A stretch of 64,000 bases of DNA from contig CAZWJT010000001.1 of the NCBI GenBank assembly GCA_964634935.1, positions 224,949-288,948 on the forward strand, written 5' to 3'. Numbering within the stretch: the first letter of the stretch is position 1; every line of letters begins with the position of its first letter. A model generated the notes under the pieces. The model did not search any database, was not told the DNA's origin, and saw only the letters and a list, made by a program, of their open reading frames with translations. Positions 48,376-58,750 of the stretch are shown here, one piece after another. A program made the translations under genes and the position numbers. This stretch comes from an uncultured Planctomycetia bacterium. GTDB lineage: Bacteria > Omnitrophota > Gorgyraeia > Duberdicusellales > Duberdicusellaceae.

Positions 48376-48508
48376 AAATAATTGATTTTGTACTTATTGT
48401 ATCGGGTCGCAATATCCGTGTCAAGGAAGGCCGGAACCTTCAAAAAAAGTAGAACAGGCAAGAATTCGTCAAAAATCAACCGCGGAACTCACGCTGAGCA
48501 ATTTTTCC

Positions 48509-49624
48509 TCAATAACTCCGTGCATAATCACGGAATGTCAGCGGCAACCCTTCTTTGAGTCGCTCAATACCGCAAATATAATTTTGGCAACAAAGACAAT
48601 TTCCTTTACAGCCAGCCATCGGCTCGAAAAAATTACCTTTACGCACATAAACAGGAATATCGATTCCTTCGCAATTGAACGATGAACCGAAAGAACGATT
48701 CAAGCCCTTGAGCGTTAAACCATCCTTCTCAAATTCCATGCACAGTCCGAAGGTAATCCCGAAAGAATCACAAATCTGACGCAAGGTAAGAAAAGTTTTT
48801 TTCCTGTAGCTAGTTTCTGCCTGAAAAGAATTGTATCTTTCGGAGTATAATAATCGGTACCGAATACTCATGTCTCTTCCAAACAATGCTTCAATCCTCT
48901 GGAAAAAAAACTCTTTTAGCGGAACAGGAATGTCGAGAACTGACGCGATGATATGTTGAGCGCCGTTTTCACGCGCTCTCCGAACGAGTAACGCAAGATC
49001 ATCTGCCGCATCAGTAATGTACGGCAGTATAGGATCAATCCGACAGACCGAGAATAAATCTTTTTTGGCAAGGCATTTCAAGTTACCGAAAAGCTCGTTG
49101 GTCTTTGCTCCATGAGGAATAATGCTATGCCGAAGTGCTTCGTGGGGGGTAAGTATTGAAATTTGCCCAAAACAATGAGGATGCCCGGAAATCATCGCGA
49201 TGATTTCCGGAGGAATTTTCTCCTTGGTTACAAATTCAATAGGAATATTTCTCTGGATAAACTCTCTGGCGGTCTTTTCAGAAAGTCTATACCGTTTGTT
49301 CACTCGCTGGAACGGATCGGCAACCGGAGAAAGATAACCACAAAACGCAATTTGACACCGATCAAGCTGCCGGGAAACTTGTTCAGGGAAATTTTGGAAT
49401 ACAAAGACAGTGCGCGTAGAATGAAATTTCTGAAAATAACCAGGCAGCGCTCGCGCATAGCAGAAAAAACAGCCTACGCCACAACCATTGTATGGATTGA
49501 GCAACATCCGCTCAGAAGTGCACTCTCTCTGAGACCAGGCATACCACCCATGGATTTGTTTTTTTGAATCGACAAGACAATGTTTACAGGGCTTAGTGAG
49601 ACATTTTGCCTGCGCTTGAATCAT
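48509..49624 (-). CDS. SPL-family radical SAM protein (COG1533-like, splB-type)
   Basis: YNGCGVGCFFCYA cluster (Cx3Cx2C) typical of the photoproduct-lyase-like family; 371 aa. Confidence 0.65.
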   Translation of the reverse strand: MIQAQAKCLTKPCKHCLVDSKKQIHGWYAWSQRECTSERMLLNPYNGCGVGCFFCYARALPGYFQKFHSTRTVFVFQNFPEQVSRQLDRCQIAFCGYLSPVADPFQRVNKRYRLSEKTAREFIQRNIPIEFVTKEKIPPEIIAMISGHPHCFGQISILTPHEALRHSIIPHGAKTNELFGNLKCLAKKDLFSVCRIDPILPYITDAADDLALLVRRARENGAQHIIASVLDIPVPLKEFFFQRIEALFGRDMSIRYRLLYSERYNSFQAETSYRKKTFLTLRQICDSFGITFGLCMEFEKDGLTLKGLNRSFGSSFNCEGIDIPVYVRKGNFFEPMAGCKGNCLCCQNYICGIERLKEGLPLTFRDYARSY

Positions 49625-50255
49625 AGCGGTATTTCTTAGCCAGCCGGAAAATTTCCTGACGAAGAGCCTCTTCAGAGTTTATCCTATTACAGAACGCAAG
49701 GTAAGCTAAAGCAAGGAGCTCTCTGGCAATCTCTTGACTATTCTTTTTCCGGAAGAAAACCTTTTTCTTCTTTCGGAGGATAGACCGAATATCCAATTGA
49801 TTTACATACTTGAGCTCCTTAAAAAATACATGTGCTTTGAGCAACGCAGGGGCTTGCTTTGGAATGCGTTCATAAATCGTTTTTCTTCTCTTCTCCCGAC
49901 GCTTACGCTCCACCCATTGACGAATTACCTCTTCAGCGTTCCTTACCTTACGCGAAGAAAAAACATGGGGATGCCGCGCGATAAGCTTCTCGCAGGCAGA
50001 AGAAACAACAGAATCAATAGTAAATTTTTTCTGCTCTTCGAAAATTGCCGATAAGGCAACGATCAGAAGAAGGAGGTCGCCAAGTTCTTCCTGAATCCCC
50101 CGGACACTTCGTTTGTCAATACTCTCAAAAAGCTCGTACACTTCTTCCAAAAAGAAGGCTTTATAGTTTGGTGGTTTTTGTTTGCGATCCCAAGGACACC
50201 CCTGGGGCCCTCTCAAAGTTTTGATAATCGAAATAAGCTTCCCGAATTTTCTCAT
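49593..50255 (-). CDS. mazG: MazG-family nucleoside triphosphate pyrophosphohydrolase
   Basis: LRGPQGCPWD and EELGDLLL motifs. Confidence 0.85.
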   Translation of the reverse strand: MRKFGKLISIIKTLRGPQGCPWDRKQKPPNYKAFFLEEVYELFESIDKRSVRGIQEELGDLLLLIVALSAIFEEQKKFTIDSVVSSACEKLIARHPHVFSSRKVRNAEEVIRQWVERKRREKRRKTIYERIPKQAPALLKAHVFFKELKYVNQLDIRSILRKKKKVFFRKKNSQEIARELLALAYLAFCNRINSEEALRQEIFRLAKKYRYDSSAGKMSH

Positions 50256-50836
50256 TTCGTGTCGTAAAATGAAAAAATTTCTCCGAGCGGCCGTTTGGGA
50301 ACAAAAATATCACCGCGCGCGTTTTGCCAATACTTCACCGACTTATCACTCCTGAAAACAGTCGATTTCTGCTTCGGATATCCCGCTGCGATCACTGAAT
50401 CGATCTGGTATTTCCCGGGAATTTTGAGTATTCTTCGGAGCGCATCGCGCTCGATTGAAGCAATCCAACAGGTCGCTACCCCAAAAGCCCAAAAACTGAG
50501 CAAAATATTTTCACAGGCTGCGCCGATATCCCGCATATCTGGATTCTCACTTTTTTTGGTATTCACCAAAACCACTACAAATACAGGAGGATGTTCGTTC
50601 TTTTGAGGTGTGCCATGGGGAAAAATATACCCTGCCCATCGAGTCAAAGGAAAAATTCTCTCAACAGATTTTTGCCTGTCAAGAACAAGATATTCAAGAA
50701 ATTGAAGATTTTTTACCGAAGGAGCGTACGCTCCAGCGATAATCGCCTTACGAATTAACATTCTCGGTACAGGACGCTGCTGAAATCTTCGGATTGTCCT
50801 GCGGGTAAGAAGAAAACGGTATGGTGAATTTTTCAT
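50252..50836 (-). CDS. Nitroreductase family protein
   Basis: TRRTIRRF N-terminal FMN-binding pattern; 194 aa. Confidence 0.75.
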   Translation of the reverse strand: MKNSPYRFLLTRRTIRRFQQRPVPRMLIRKAIIAGAYAPSVKNLQFLEYLVLDRQKSVERIFPLTRWAGYIFPHGTPQKNEHPPVFVVVLVNTKKSENPDMRDIGAACENILLSFWAFGVATCWIASIERDALRRILKIPGKYQIDSVIAAGYPKQKSTVFRSDKSVKYWQNARGDIFVPKRPLGEIFSFYDTK

Positions 50837-50842
50837 GGAATG

Positions 50843-51961
50843 TTATGTTTTCAATATCCCGGAACGATGAAAAACCGGGTTACCGATCAAAAGAATATCG
50901 TTACCCAGAAAAACCTCTTTTCTATTTCTCAGAACAATCGGATTCCGGATATCCGTTATCCCCTGTCCGGAAATTGCAGACCTCGAATCCCTTCCGCCAA
51001 ATATTTTCCCGGCTAGAAACACATAAATTTTGTCAATAGCACAGGTATCAAAAAACCGACCGAGAGTTTCCGGTCCTCCCTCAACAAAAACCGACATAAT
51101 ATTTTTCCGGTAAAGAATCTCGAGTACCTCCTGGAGAGAAAAACAGCCTGAGTGGGTTCTCAGGAAAACAAGGTGAACGTTTTCCCGATATACATTTCTT
51201 GCTTTATGGTAACACCTGTCAGCAATGATAAAAACATTTTTATAAGAACGGAATATGCGGGCATCTTGGGGAGTTTTTAGGTGCGGGTCGAGAATGACTT
51301 TCACCATCTTTTTGCCCGGGGTTTCAAGATATGGATCATCCGCAAGAATGGTTCCTATGCCGACACAGACACTGTCGTAAAATCCACGTAATTTTCTGCC
51401 GTAAGAACGGCTCTGGCCAGCGGTTACCCATCGGGAAACACCCCGGCTATCAGTAATCTTACCGTCAATGCTCTGCGCCCATTTAGCAGAGACAAATGGT
51501 CTTTTCTTCAGCATATTGGTAAAGAAAATTTCGTTTATGTTTCTGGCTTCTTTTTCTAACACTCCAACCGTTACCTCTATCCCGGCTTTCTTTAGTAGCT
51601 GAAGAGATTTTCCGTGTACCATCGGATTGGGATCTTTGATTGCGATGACAACTCTCTTGACGCCAGAAGCAACCACTGCATCAACGCATGGCGCTGTTCT
51701 ACCCCAATGTGTGCAGGGTTCAAGGGTTACATATAATGTAGCTCCCCGGGCTTTCTGTCCGGCACTCTGTAAAGCGAGAATCTCGGCGTGTTCAGCCCCT
51801 GCCCTATGATGAAATCCTTGAGCTAGGATTTTTCCTTTTCGAACAATTAATGCCCCTACGAGAGGATTTGGCGAAGTCTTCCCTCTGGCTTTCAAGGCCA
51901 AAGAAAGTGCTTCGCGCATAAAAAAGATATCCTGGAATTTTCCGCTACGCATCTTGCCCAT
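50843..51961 (-). CDS. ribD: Bifunctional riboflavin biosynthesis protein RibD (deaminase/reductase)
   Basis: CMP/dCMP deaminase zinc motif HAEILAL...EPCTHWGRTAPC plus C-terminal reductase domain. True start may be an internal Met (MREALSLA). Confidence 0.9.
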   Translation of the reverse strand: MGKMRSGKFQDIFFMREALSLALKARGKTSPNPLVGALIVRKGKILAQGFHHRAGAEHAEILALQSAGQKARGATLYVTLEPCTHWGRTAPCVDAVVASGVKRVVIAIKDPNPMVHGKSLQLLKKAGIEVTVGVLEKEARNINEIFFTNMLKKRPFVSAKWAQSIDGKITDSRGVSRWVTAGQSRSYGRKLRGFYDSVCVGIGTILADDPYLETPGKKMVKVILDPHLKTPQDARIFRSYKNVFIIADRCYHKARNVYRENVHLVFLRTHSGCFSLQEVLEILYRKNIMSVFVEGGPETLGRFFDTCAIDKIYVFLAGKIFGGRDSRSAISGQGITDIRNPIVLRNRKEVFLGNDILLIGNPVFHRSGILKT

Positions 51962-51971
51962 CTTCAGAACA

Positions 51972-52799
51972 CTACAAGTTTAAAGATACCTGACGTGCTT
52001 TCATTGCCTGGACGTATTCGTACGGAAGCTTAATCCTCCCGATCGAGGTGTTATCCTTAGCCAGACCATGACAATCAGATCCTCCACTCACGAGAAGATT
52101 ATGCTCCTTGGCTATTTTCCGATAACGCTCCCGAAGCGCTTCATTGTGACTCGGGTAGAATACTTCCAACCCGTCGACTCCTGACCGGATAAAATCATCG
52201 ATACTCGTTCCACCCCCCAAAAGTAGCGGATGAGCCAAAAAAGTAAGAGCACCTGCGGTCTTTAAAATTCGCAAGGCAGTCGCATAATCAAAATGATACG
52301 CCGGCATATACGCAGAACAATCTTTTCCAAGATACCGGCGAAATGCTTCAGCTATATCCTTCACAAACCGTTTCTGCTTGAGAAAAGAAGCCAAGTGCAT
52401 CCTGCTTATGGAAGCGCCCTTAACAAAATCTTTGAATTCCTCAAAAGCGATATCTAACCCCCCAACCCGTAATTTTTCAAACATCACTTGGGCTCGCTGT
52501 GCGCGTTTCTCCTTAACCTCGGCGAGAAGATCAAAAAGACCGCTATCAACCCCGCCAAAAAAATACCCAAGGATGTGAGCTTCTTTCCCTTGATATTCGG
52601 AACTCAGCTCAACGCCTTGAATGATTTCGACTGGACCGCGGTAGGCGCGGAATGTCTCCGAAGCATAAAAATCGAGCGTATCGTGATCGGTAATCGAAAG
52701 ACAATCAATGCCGGTTTTCAGAGCTTGTGCAATAATCTCCGGAAAAGAAAATGTACTGTCGGAAAAATGTGAATGGACGTGTAAATCAGCATATCTCAT
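51972..52799 (-). CDS. PHP-domain phosphoesterase
   Basis: LHVHSHFSD and TDHD motifs of the polymerase and histidinol phosphatase family; 275 aa. Confidence 0.8.
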   Translation of the reverse strand: MRYADLHVHSHFSDSTFSFPEIIAQALKTGIDCLSITDHDTLDFYASETFRAYRGPVEIIQGVELSSEYQGKEAHILGYFFGGVDSGLFDLLAEVKEKRAQRAQVMFEKLRVGGLDIAFEEFKDFVKGASISRMHLASFLKQKRFVKDIAEAFRRYLGKDCSAYMPAYHFDYATALRILKTAGALTFLAHPLLLGGGTSIDDFIRSGVDGLEVFYPSHNEALRERYRKIAKEHNLLVSGGSDCHGLAKDNTSIGRIKLPYEYVQAMKARQVSLNL

Positions 52800-52811
52800 G
52801 CGAACGAGACG

Positions 52812-53231
52812 CTAAACGCCTTTTGTAGAAGCTTCCTTACGAAAAATACTATCGAGGATACCGTTCACAAATTTGGTCGATTCCAAATCACCATAACGCT
52901 TTGCCAGTTCCACTGCCTCGTTAATACTCACCTTGGGGGGTATATCGCGGACAAAAAGAAGCTCATAGGCACCAATCCGAAGAATATTCTTATCAATAAC
53001 AGCCATACGGGTAAGATCCCAATTATGGGCGTAGCGAGTGATGATTTCATCGAGCTGTTCACGATGTTCAAGGATACCCTTGACGAGAAACGCACAAAAC
53101 TCGGAGCTTTCCTTGGGAAAATTACTGGTGGTTGTATTCTCGGTAATCGCATGTTCCGGAACACTCTTGCCGACTTCAATCTGATATAAGCTCTTCAGCG
53201 CTGACTCCCGCGCCTGGCTACGTACTCCCAT
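52812..53231 (-). CDS. nusB: Transcription antitermination factor NusB
   Basis: 139 aa with the NusB helical pattern ([13 protein letters not shown]...). Confidence 0.9.
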   Translation of the reverse strand: MGVRSQARESALKSLYQIEVGKSVPEHAITENTTTSNFPKESSEFCAFLVKGILEHREQLDEIITRYAHNWDLTRMAVIDKNILRIGAYELLFVRDIPPKVSINEAVELAKRYGDLESTKFVNGILDSIFRKEASTKGV

Positions 53232-53257
53232 GCATTCCCTTCGGTTACCGAAAAATA

Positions 53258-53722
53258 CTATTTTATTTTTGCAACAACATCGGACATTTCAAGCGCAGAC
53301 AGTGCGGCATCTTTGCCTTTATTTCCCTGTTTAATCCCTGCCCGCTCCAATGCCTGCTCCTGAGTATCCGCGGTGATCATTCCATAAATAACGGGAATAT
53401 TTTCAGCAAGAGCAACCGAGGCAATACCCTTTGTGACTTCTGCCGCGATATAATCAAAATGGGGAGTATCTCCCCGGATTACTGCGCCAAGGCAAATTAC
53501 CGCGCTGTATTTCTTGGAAGCCGCTAATCTCTTGGCGAGAAGCGGAACTTCAAACGATCCCGTAGCCCACACCACCGTAATCTCCTCCTCGGCAACCGAA
53601 TGCCGGACGAGAGTATCAACACAGCCCTGCAAAAGCTGTTTGCTGATCATCTCATTAAACGAAGAAACAACGATGGCAAAAGATCTCCCCTTCCCGATAA
53701 AACTTCCTTTTATTTCTTTCAT
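53258..53722 (-). CDS. ribH: 6,7-dimethyl-8-ribityllumazine synthase
   Basis: 154 aa. [10 protein letters not shown] and VPG.FE.P motifs. Confidence 0.95.
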   Translation of the reverse strand: MKEIKGSFIGKGRSFAIVVSSFNEMISKQLLQGCVDTLVRHSVAEEEITVVWATGSFEVPLLAKRLAASKKYSAVICLGAVIRGDTPHFDYIAAEVTKGIASVALAENIPVIYGMITADTQEQALERAGIKQGNKGKDAALSALEMSDVVAKIK

Positions 53723-53751
53723 GATATCCTCCTTTGCTCTGCACGCATATA

Positions 53752-54996
53752 TTAAAGTCCTTCAAAAAAATGCCCCAGCTTCTTTTTTTTAGTTTCAAGA
53801 TAATTATGGTTATGAGGATTCGAAGGGATATGGATAGGAACACGTTCCATAATACTTAAACCGTACCCTTCCAAACCAATAATTTTCTTTGGGTTATTCG
53901 TCAATAAACGAATATTTTTTACCCCTAAATCAAGAAGTATCTGAGCGCCGATGCCATAATCTCGTAAGTCTGCGGCAAATCCCAAAGCCTGATTTGCCTC
54001 GACGGTATCAAGTCCTTTGTCCTGAAGCGCATAAGCCTTAATCTTATTCGCCAGACCGATTCCCCTTCCCTCCTGGCGCATATAAAGAAAAATTCCCCGT
54101 TGCTCTTGTGAAATAGCCTCGAGAGAATAAATAAGCTGATCTCCACAGTCACAACGTAACGATCCAAACACGTCTCCCGTCATACATTCGGAATGAACTC
54201 TTACCAGAACCGGTTTATCGTCGATAGCGCCCATGCTTAAAGCAATATGCTGAGCGCGATCAATCCGCGATTCATAGAGGCCAAGACGAAACCGTCCAAA
54301 TTCCGTGGGAAGAATCGTTTCTGTAATCTTCGCGATTAATTTTTCCCTGCTGCTCCGGTATTGTATAAGCTCTTCGATGCTGCAGATTTTTAACTTATGT
54401 TTTAGAGCAAACTCTTCAAGATCCGGAAGACGAGCCATCGAGCCGTCATCTTTAATAATCTCACAAATCACTCCTGCTGGATAGAGCCCTGCTAACCGGG
54501 CAAGATCAACAGCAGCCTCAGTATGCCCGGCTCGCACCAAAACTCCTCCCGAAAGGGCTTTCAGGGGAAAAATATGCCCTCCGCGGACAAAATCGGAAGG
54601 CTTACTTTGCTCATGAATCAGCACTTTGATAGTCCGCGCCCGATCGTGAGCGGAAATGCCTGTTGTAACCCCCTCTTTGGCGTCAACAGAAACAACCCAT
54701 GCCGTTGAAAAAGGATCCCGCGCGTGGGTTGAAATCAACGAACCCAGCGGGTAAAGCTGGAGTTCATGAAGGCGATTTTCTTCCATAGGTACACAAACTA
54801 AACCACGGCCTTCTTTGATCATAAAATTGATGATTTCAGGCGTTGCGTACTGGGCGGCAACAACCAAATCACCCTCGTTTTCGCGGCGCTCGTCATCAAC
54901 CACAATAACCGGGCGGCCCTGACGAAACTCTTCCAGTATTTCTTCAATCTTATGAAACATCTCATCCCCTCTGGCTAAAGAGTTATAGTATATCAT
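53752..54996 (-). CDS. ribBA: Bifunctional DHBP synthase / GTP cyclohydrolase II
   Basis: RibB motif [14 protein letters not shown]. RibA Cys triad CDCG. The true start may be the internal Met MFHKIEE. Confidence 0.95.
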   Translation of the reverse strand: MIYYNSLARGDEMFHKIEEILEEFRQGRPVIVVDDERRENEGDLVVAAQYATPEIINFMIKEGRGLVCVPMEENRLHELQLYPLGSLISTHARDPFSTAWVVSVDAKEGVTTGISAHDRARTIKVLIHEQSKPSDFVRGGHIFPLKALSGGVLVRAGHTEAAVDLARLAGLYPAGVICEIIKDDGSMARLPDLEEFALKHKLKICSIEELIQYRSSREKLIAKITETILPTEFGRFRLGLYESRIDRAQHIALSMGAIDDKPVLVRVHSECMTGDVFGSLRCDCGDQLIYSLEAISQEQRGIFLYMRQEGRGIGLANKIKAYALQDKGLDTVEANQALGFAADLRDYGIGAQILLDLGVKNIRLLTNNPKKIIGLEGYGLSIMERVPIHIPSNPHNHNYLETKKKKLGHFFEGL

Positions 54997-55063
54997 TTCT
55001 CCAGAAAAATGCCATAGAGAAGTAACGATTCGTATCCACGGAGAAACGGCAACTTACTGCGGC

Positions 55064-56962
55064 TCAATACGCTTTACGAATAATTATGCACTCATTCAGC
55101 GCATGCTCCACTTGAAGCAGAAAATCCTTAAATACCTTATATTCGCTCGGTTGGATAAAAGAACGCTTGTAGAGCGTGCTGATTTCCCGAGTGATCTTTT
55201 GAGATTCCTTCCTGTAATGGACACTCACTGCGAGCCATTCAGATGTAAGCTCAACATCGTCAGGAACATATTCAAAAACAAAGCCTCGGGGAATAAGAAA
55301 ATCGGATTGAGAAACAGTTTGTTGGTTTTCAGGAAACCACAAAGGATATTTTCTGGTTTTGTGGTGGAACTCTTCAGTCAGACTTATCGATGAATTCCCA
55401 AAAATCATGATTTTACCCATAGGCTTGATATAGTATGGATTCTCCGTCTTAATCCGCATTCCCAGAAAACCATACTCATTGTTTTTACCGGTAACCGAAT
55501 AATAAATGATCTTACCGCCCCGGGTAAGATTTTCTATATAACTGAAGAAATCTCCCCGAGATTTGGTAGTAGCCCGTTTGATCATTTGGCGGACTGCGAT
55601 CGATTGCGGGCGGTCAAACAATACCGTTAAGCTTACTGCGGCAGAACCATTATCTTTTAAAAATACTCTTTCTTTTTCGTAGCGTGTCGTTTGTTCCAGG
55701 TTTAAATGAGGAAATTTGATAAACTCTCCCCTATCTTCGTACAGAATATACCCATAGTTTCCAGCAAGCTCATAAGGAGTTTCTCCAAGCTTATAACCCG
55801 TGACCAAAGGATCAACAAAAAGAAGTTTTCCTCCTACCCGAACTGCAACAACCAAATGGTTGAAAAGCGTTGGGGCAGGTAAAAGCTTCTTGGTGTCTCC
55901 ATCTTCTTCAGGACGGACTAGCACGGGATACGCTTTTATCCCAAGCTGGCTGAGCATCGCGATAAATAAAACAGCATGATCTTTGCAATCACCGAATTTA
56001 TTCCGGAATACTTCCGCTGCCAAATGGGGTTTATAATCATGGCCGTCCAAAGCAAAAGAAACATAGCGAACGTTATCATGGAGATACCGGGCAAGAGCTT
56101 CCACTTTTTCTTCGTCAGTCTTAAACGCATGGGTAATCCGAAAAACCTCCGCCTTGATCTCCGGACTATCAGTTATCTGTGCTGAAAATAAACCCCAAAA
56201 CCAAGCCCGGAATACAGACCAATCATTCATCGTAGAAATACACACAAAGGGCAAGAAATCAATAGCCGGGGGGGTATAATTTTCACTCTCTAAATCTTCA
56301 TCGTATAGCTGGTCAGCGGAAAATTCCCATTGGTAGAGAATTCTATTTTTACCATGAGTAATAACCGGCCTATGCGTTGTATTAAGATGCTTAAGAAAAA
56401 AACCTTTTCCAGATGGCACGGAAATTCCGATTCGTTGATATTTTACTGGAGTAGTATCATAGAATGGTATCATGTCAAAATAGTGTCCAGGAATAACCCC
56501 ACGATGGGTAACCAGTTCAAATCGAAAATCAATGGTGCTCCCCGGAACCACATTGGGCATGGTAACAATTTTTTTACGTAAATCTGAATAGTTCCCTTCC
56601 GTAGCGGTATCTACATCCTGAATCATCTTATAGCGATAACGCTTCTTCTCGGGAGTAATGATATAAGCTTTTATCTTTTGTATAGTTTGCCGTCTCTGGT
56701 TATAGAAAATCGGGATTTCTCCGGAAGACATTGCATCCTCATTCTGGATCTTGTTGATCCAATGGATTGATTCCTTATAAGATCCGTCCAGATTAAGTTC
56801 AACTATGGAAGAATAAAAAAGAGTAACTATCGGCTTATCAGAATGTTTTTTCTCCCAATGATCCTCCGCGTAGAGAAGACAAAAATCCAGAAAAAAAGCC
56901 AGAAAAAAAGGAAAAATATATCTCCGATACAACCTTTTATTCCACCCCAATATCATACACAA
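55064..56962 (-). CDS. DUF3857 plus transglutaminase-like domain protein
   Basis: 632 aa. N-terminal hydrophobic segment. Transglutaminase core GDCKDHAVLFIAMLSQLGI with downstream His/Asp. Confidence 0.7.
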   Translation of the reverse strand: MCMILGWNKRLYRRYIFPFFLAFFLDFCLLYAEDHWEKKHSDKPIVTLFYSSIVELNLDGSYKESIHWINKIQNEDAMSSGEIPIFYNQRRQTIQKIKAYIITPEKKRYRYKMIQDVDTATEGNYSDLRKKIVTMPNVVPGSTIDFRFELVTHRGVIPGHYFDMIPFYDTTPVKYQRIGISVPSGKGFFLKHLNTTHRPVITHGKNRILYQWEFSADQLYDEDLESENYTPPAIDFLPFVCISTMNDWSVFRAWFWGLFSAQITDSPEIKAEVFRITHAFKTDEEKVEALARYLHDNVRYVSFALDGHDYKPHLAAEVFRNKFGDCKDHAVLFIAMLSQLGIKAYPVLVRPEEDGDTKKLLPAPTLFNHLVVAVRVGGKLLFVDPLVTGYKLGETPYELAGNYGYILYEDRGEFIKFPHLNLEQTTRYEKERVFLKDNGSAAVSLTVLFDRPQSIAVRQMIKRATTKSRGDFFSYIENLTRGGKIIYYSVTGKNNEYGFLGMRIKTENPYYIKPMGKIMIFGNSSISLTEEFHHKTRKYPLWFPENQQTVSQSDFLIPRGFVFEYVPDDVELTSEWLAVSVHYRKESQKITREISTLYKRSFIQPSEYKVFKDFLLQVEHALNECIIIRKAY

Positions 56963-57676
56963 TCACCATGCCTTTAAAAAATGCCCATAATCTTTAAGCC
57001 ATTGGCGTTCATTACGATAGTCTGGCAGCATACTTTCCACCGCATCCCAGAAGCGCCACGAGTGATTCCGCTCCAATCCATGCGCAAGCTCATGCACTGC
57101 TACATAATCAATTACCGAGAAAGGCGCCATAACCAACCGCCAGTTAAAACTCAAATTTATGTTCCTTGAACAAGAACCCCAGAGAGAAGAAAGATCCTTA
57201 ACGGCAACTCGCTGGAATTTTAAGTTCCATCGTCGTGCGCACAAAAATACTCTCTCAGGAATCACCCGTAACGCTTCTCCCGTATACCATTGCCGGAAAA
57301 GCTCCCGGGCGGAAGAAACGAAAGATTGGTCAAGAAAAAAGTCATTGTTAAAAACAAGAGGGCAAAGTGGTTGTTGAACAAGACGTATCTGATATACGAC
57401 TCCCAGATACATAATTTTTTCTCCCTCTTGAAAGTTACGAGGAAAAATACCCTGCTCTTTTTTCCGGACTTGATCAAGATGCCGCAAAATCCACTTTCTC
57501 TTCCGCTTGAGAAAACAAAAAAGATACCCTGATGAGAGATTACGCGGGGCGCGAACTAGAACGTCTCCCGCAGGAGTAACCTCGAGCGAGAGGGTTTTCC
57601 GGCAGGAATAGACAACTTTCGGGGTAAAAATTTCTTGGTTCGTTTTAGTCTGCTCGTACATCAAGAAATCACGCAA
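56963..57676 (-). CDS. M48-family metallopeptidase (YgjP/DUF45-like)
   Basis: C-terminal zinc motif VAVHELAHGLERNHS; 237 aa. Confidence 0.8.
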   Translation of the reverse strand: MRDFLMYEQTKTNQEIFTPKVVYSCRKTLSLEVTPAGDVLVRAPRNLSSGYLFCFLKRKRKWILRHLDQVRKKEQGIFPRNFQEGEKIMYLGVVYQIRLVQQPLCPLVFNNDFFLDQSFVSSARELFRQWYTGEALRVIPERVFLCARRWNLKFQRVAVKDLSSLWGSCSRNINLSFNWRLVMAPFSVIDYVAVHELAHGLERNHSWRFWDAVESMLPDYRNERQWLKDYGHFLKAW

Positions 57677-57711
57677 AACAAAAGCTTACCGCACCATCGC
57701 CAAATTCCAAA

Positions 57712-58296
57712 TTATGTACCTGGATTCTGAGAAACAACCTCGCCTGTCTGGTCACTTATCAGCACATCAAAACCTTCCTCAGATACTGCGGCACCGTTTT
57801 TAAAAGAAATCCTCCAGATGCGCTGATTTTCTTCAAATACCGCCCCAAGAACAGAATATTCTTTATTTTTCAAAGAATCGATACTATGTAGATAATCCCG
57901 GGCCCTCTGGATTGCTTGATCTTGAGATAATAAATGAGGAAGGTTATTCTCGGCTGCAGAGACAGACTGGGGCTCCTCTTTGACTTCAACGAGTTTTCCA
58001 TCAATAAAGTAAAAATACCATTTTTTCTGATCACCGAAATCATAGAGCCAAATCTCCCCGAAATCACTTGCGGAAGTAGTCAGGGCAACACCTAAAAGCT
58101 GCCGCACATCTTCTTGTGTAGCATCCTTCTTCAGCGAACCCCTGGGAGTAACAATACTATCTGTTTCGGGCGGATCAATAGGAATACGCAAACCGCCACC
58201 AATATGACCCTTACCTCCAGTCATCCGTCCAGCAGCAAATAGACAACCAGAACTGCACACGATAGCGAAAAGAAGAAAATAAAATGCCACTCTCAT
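57712..58296 (-). CDS. Lipoprotein, hypothetical (PepSY-like architecture possible)
   Basis: Signal peptide with Cys in SSGC context; 194 aa. Confidence 0.4.
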   Translation of the reverse strand: MRVAFYFLLFAIVCSSGCLFAAGRMTGGKGHIGGGLRIPIDPPETDSIVTPRGSLKKDATQEDVRQLLGVALTTSASDFGEIWLYDFGDQKKWYFYFIDGKLVEVKEEPQSVSAAENNLPHLLSQDQAIQRARDYLHSIDSLKNKEYSVLGAVFEENQRIWRISFKNGAAVSEEGFDVLISDQTGEVVSQNPGT

Positions 58297-58748
58297 TGAA
58301 ATTGCTCCTTTAACTTATTAAACCGCTCAATATAGTAATCCTGCCGTTTTGATATTCTTGCTTTATACTCAACTACTGAATGCGCAGGGTAACCTTTTAT
58401 GCCCTTCTGAAATTGCACTTCGTTGTCGGGTAAAAAATATGCAAGGTATCCGTAAATGAATTCAAGGAGCAAAAGATAGTGCTTCATTTCCCGATTCTGG
58501 TTCGACTTATACACTAAGCCGTATAAACGGTAAAGATTCTCAATCGCATCCTGAATAATCCCCTTGGGATACGGTAAAACCTTCTCGGCGACACCAAGCA
58601 TCAGACGTTCTCCATGCTGCAAAACACAATCACCATATGCGCCAACTATTTTCTTCAACCTCTCGGTTGGATCTTGAGAATATTCCTTCTGTTTTTTACG
58701 GGAAGGGGTGAAACAACATTCCAATATCCTAAAAAAACTCTTCCACAT
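58293..58748 (-). CDS. Hypothetical protein (151 aa)
   Basis: ORF with ATGA coupling to the downstream lipoprotein gene. No motif recognised. Confidence 0.35.
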   Translation of the reverse strand: MWKSFFRILECCFTPSRKKQKEYSQDPTERLKKIVGAYGDCVLQHGERLMLGVAEKVLPYPKGIIQDAIENLYRLYGLVYKSNQNREMKHYLLLLEFIYGYLAYFLPDNEVQFQKGIKGYPAHSVVEYKARISKRQDYYIERFNKLKEQFQ

Positions 58749-58750
58749 AT

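Noticed and set aside
48409-48440. GAAGG-ccggaa-CCTTC hairpin followed by A7 as a terminator
   Set aside because: The U-tract lies on the wrong side for the minus-strand transcripts, and the stem is only 5 bp.
54997-55063. Possible FMN riboswitch upstream of ribBA
   Set aside because: The gap is only 67 nt and lacks conserved RFN elements on either strand.
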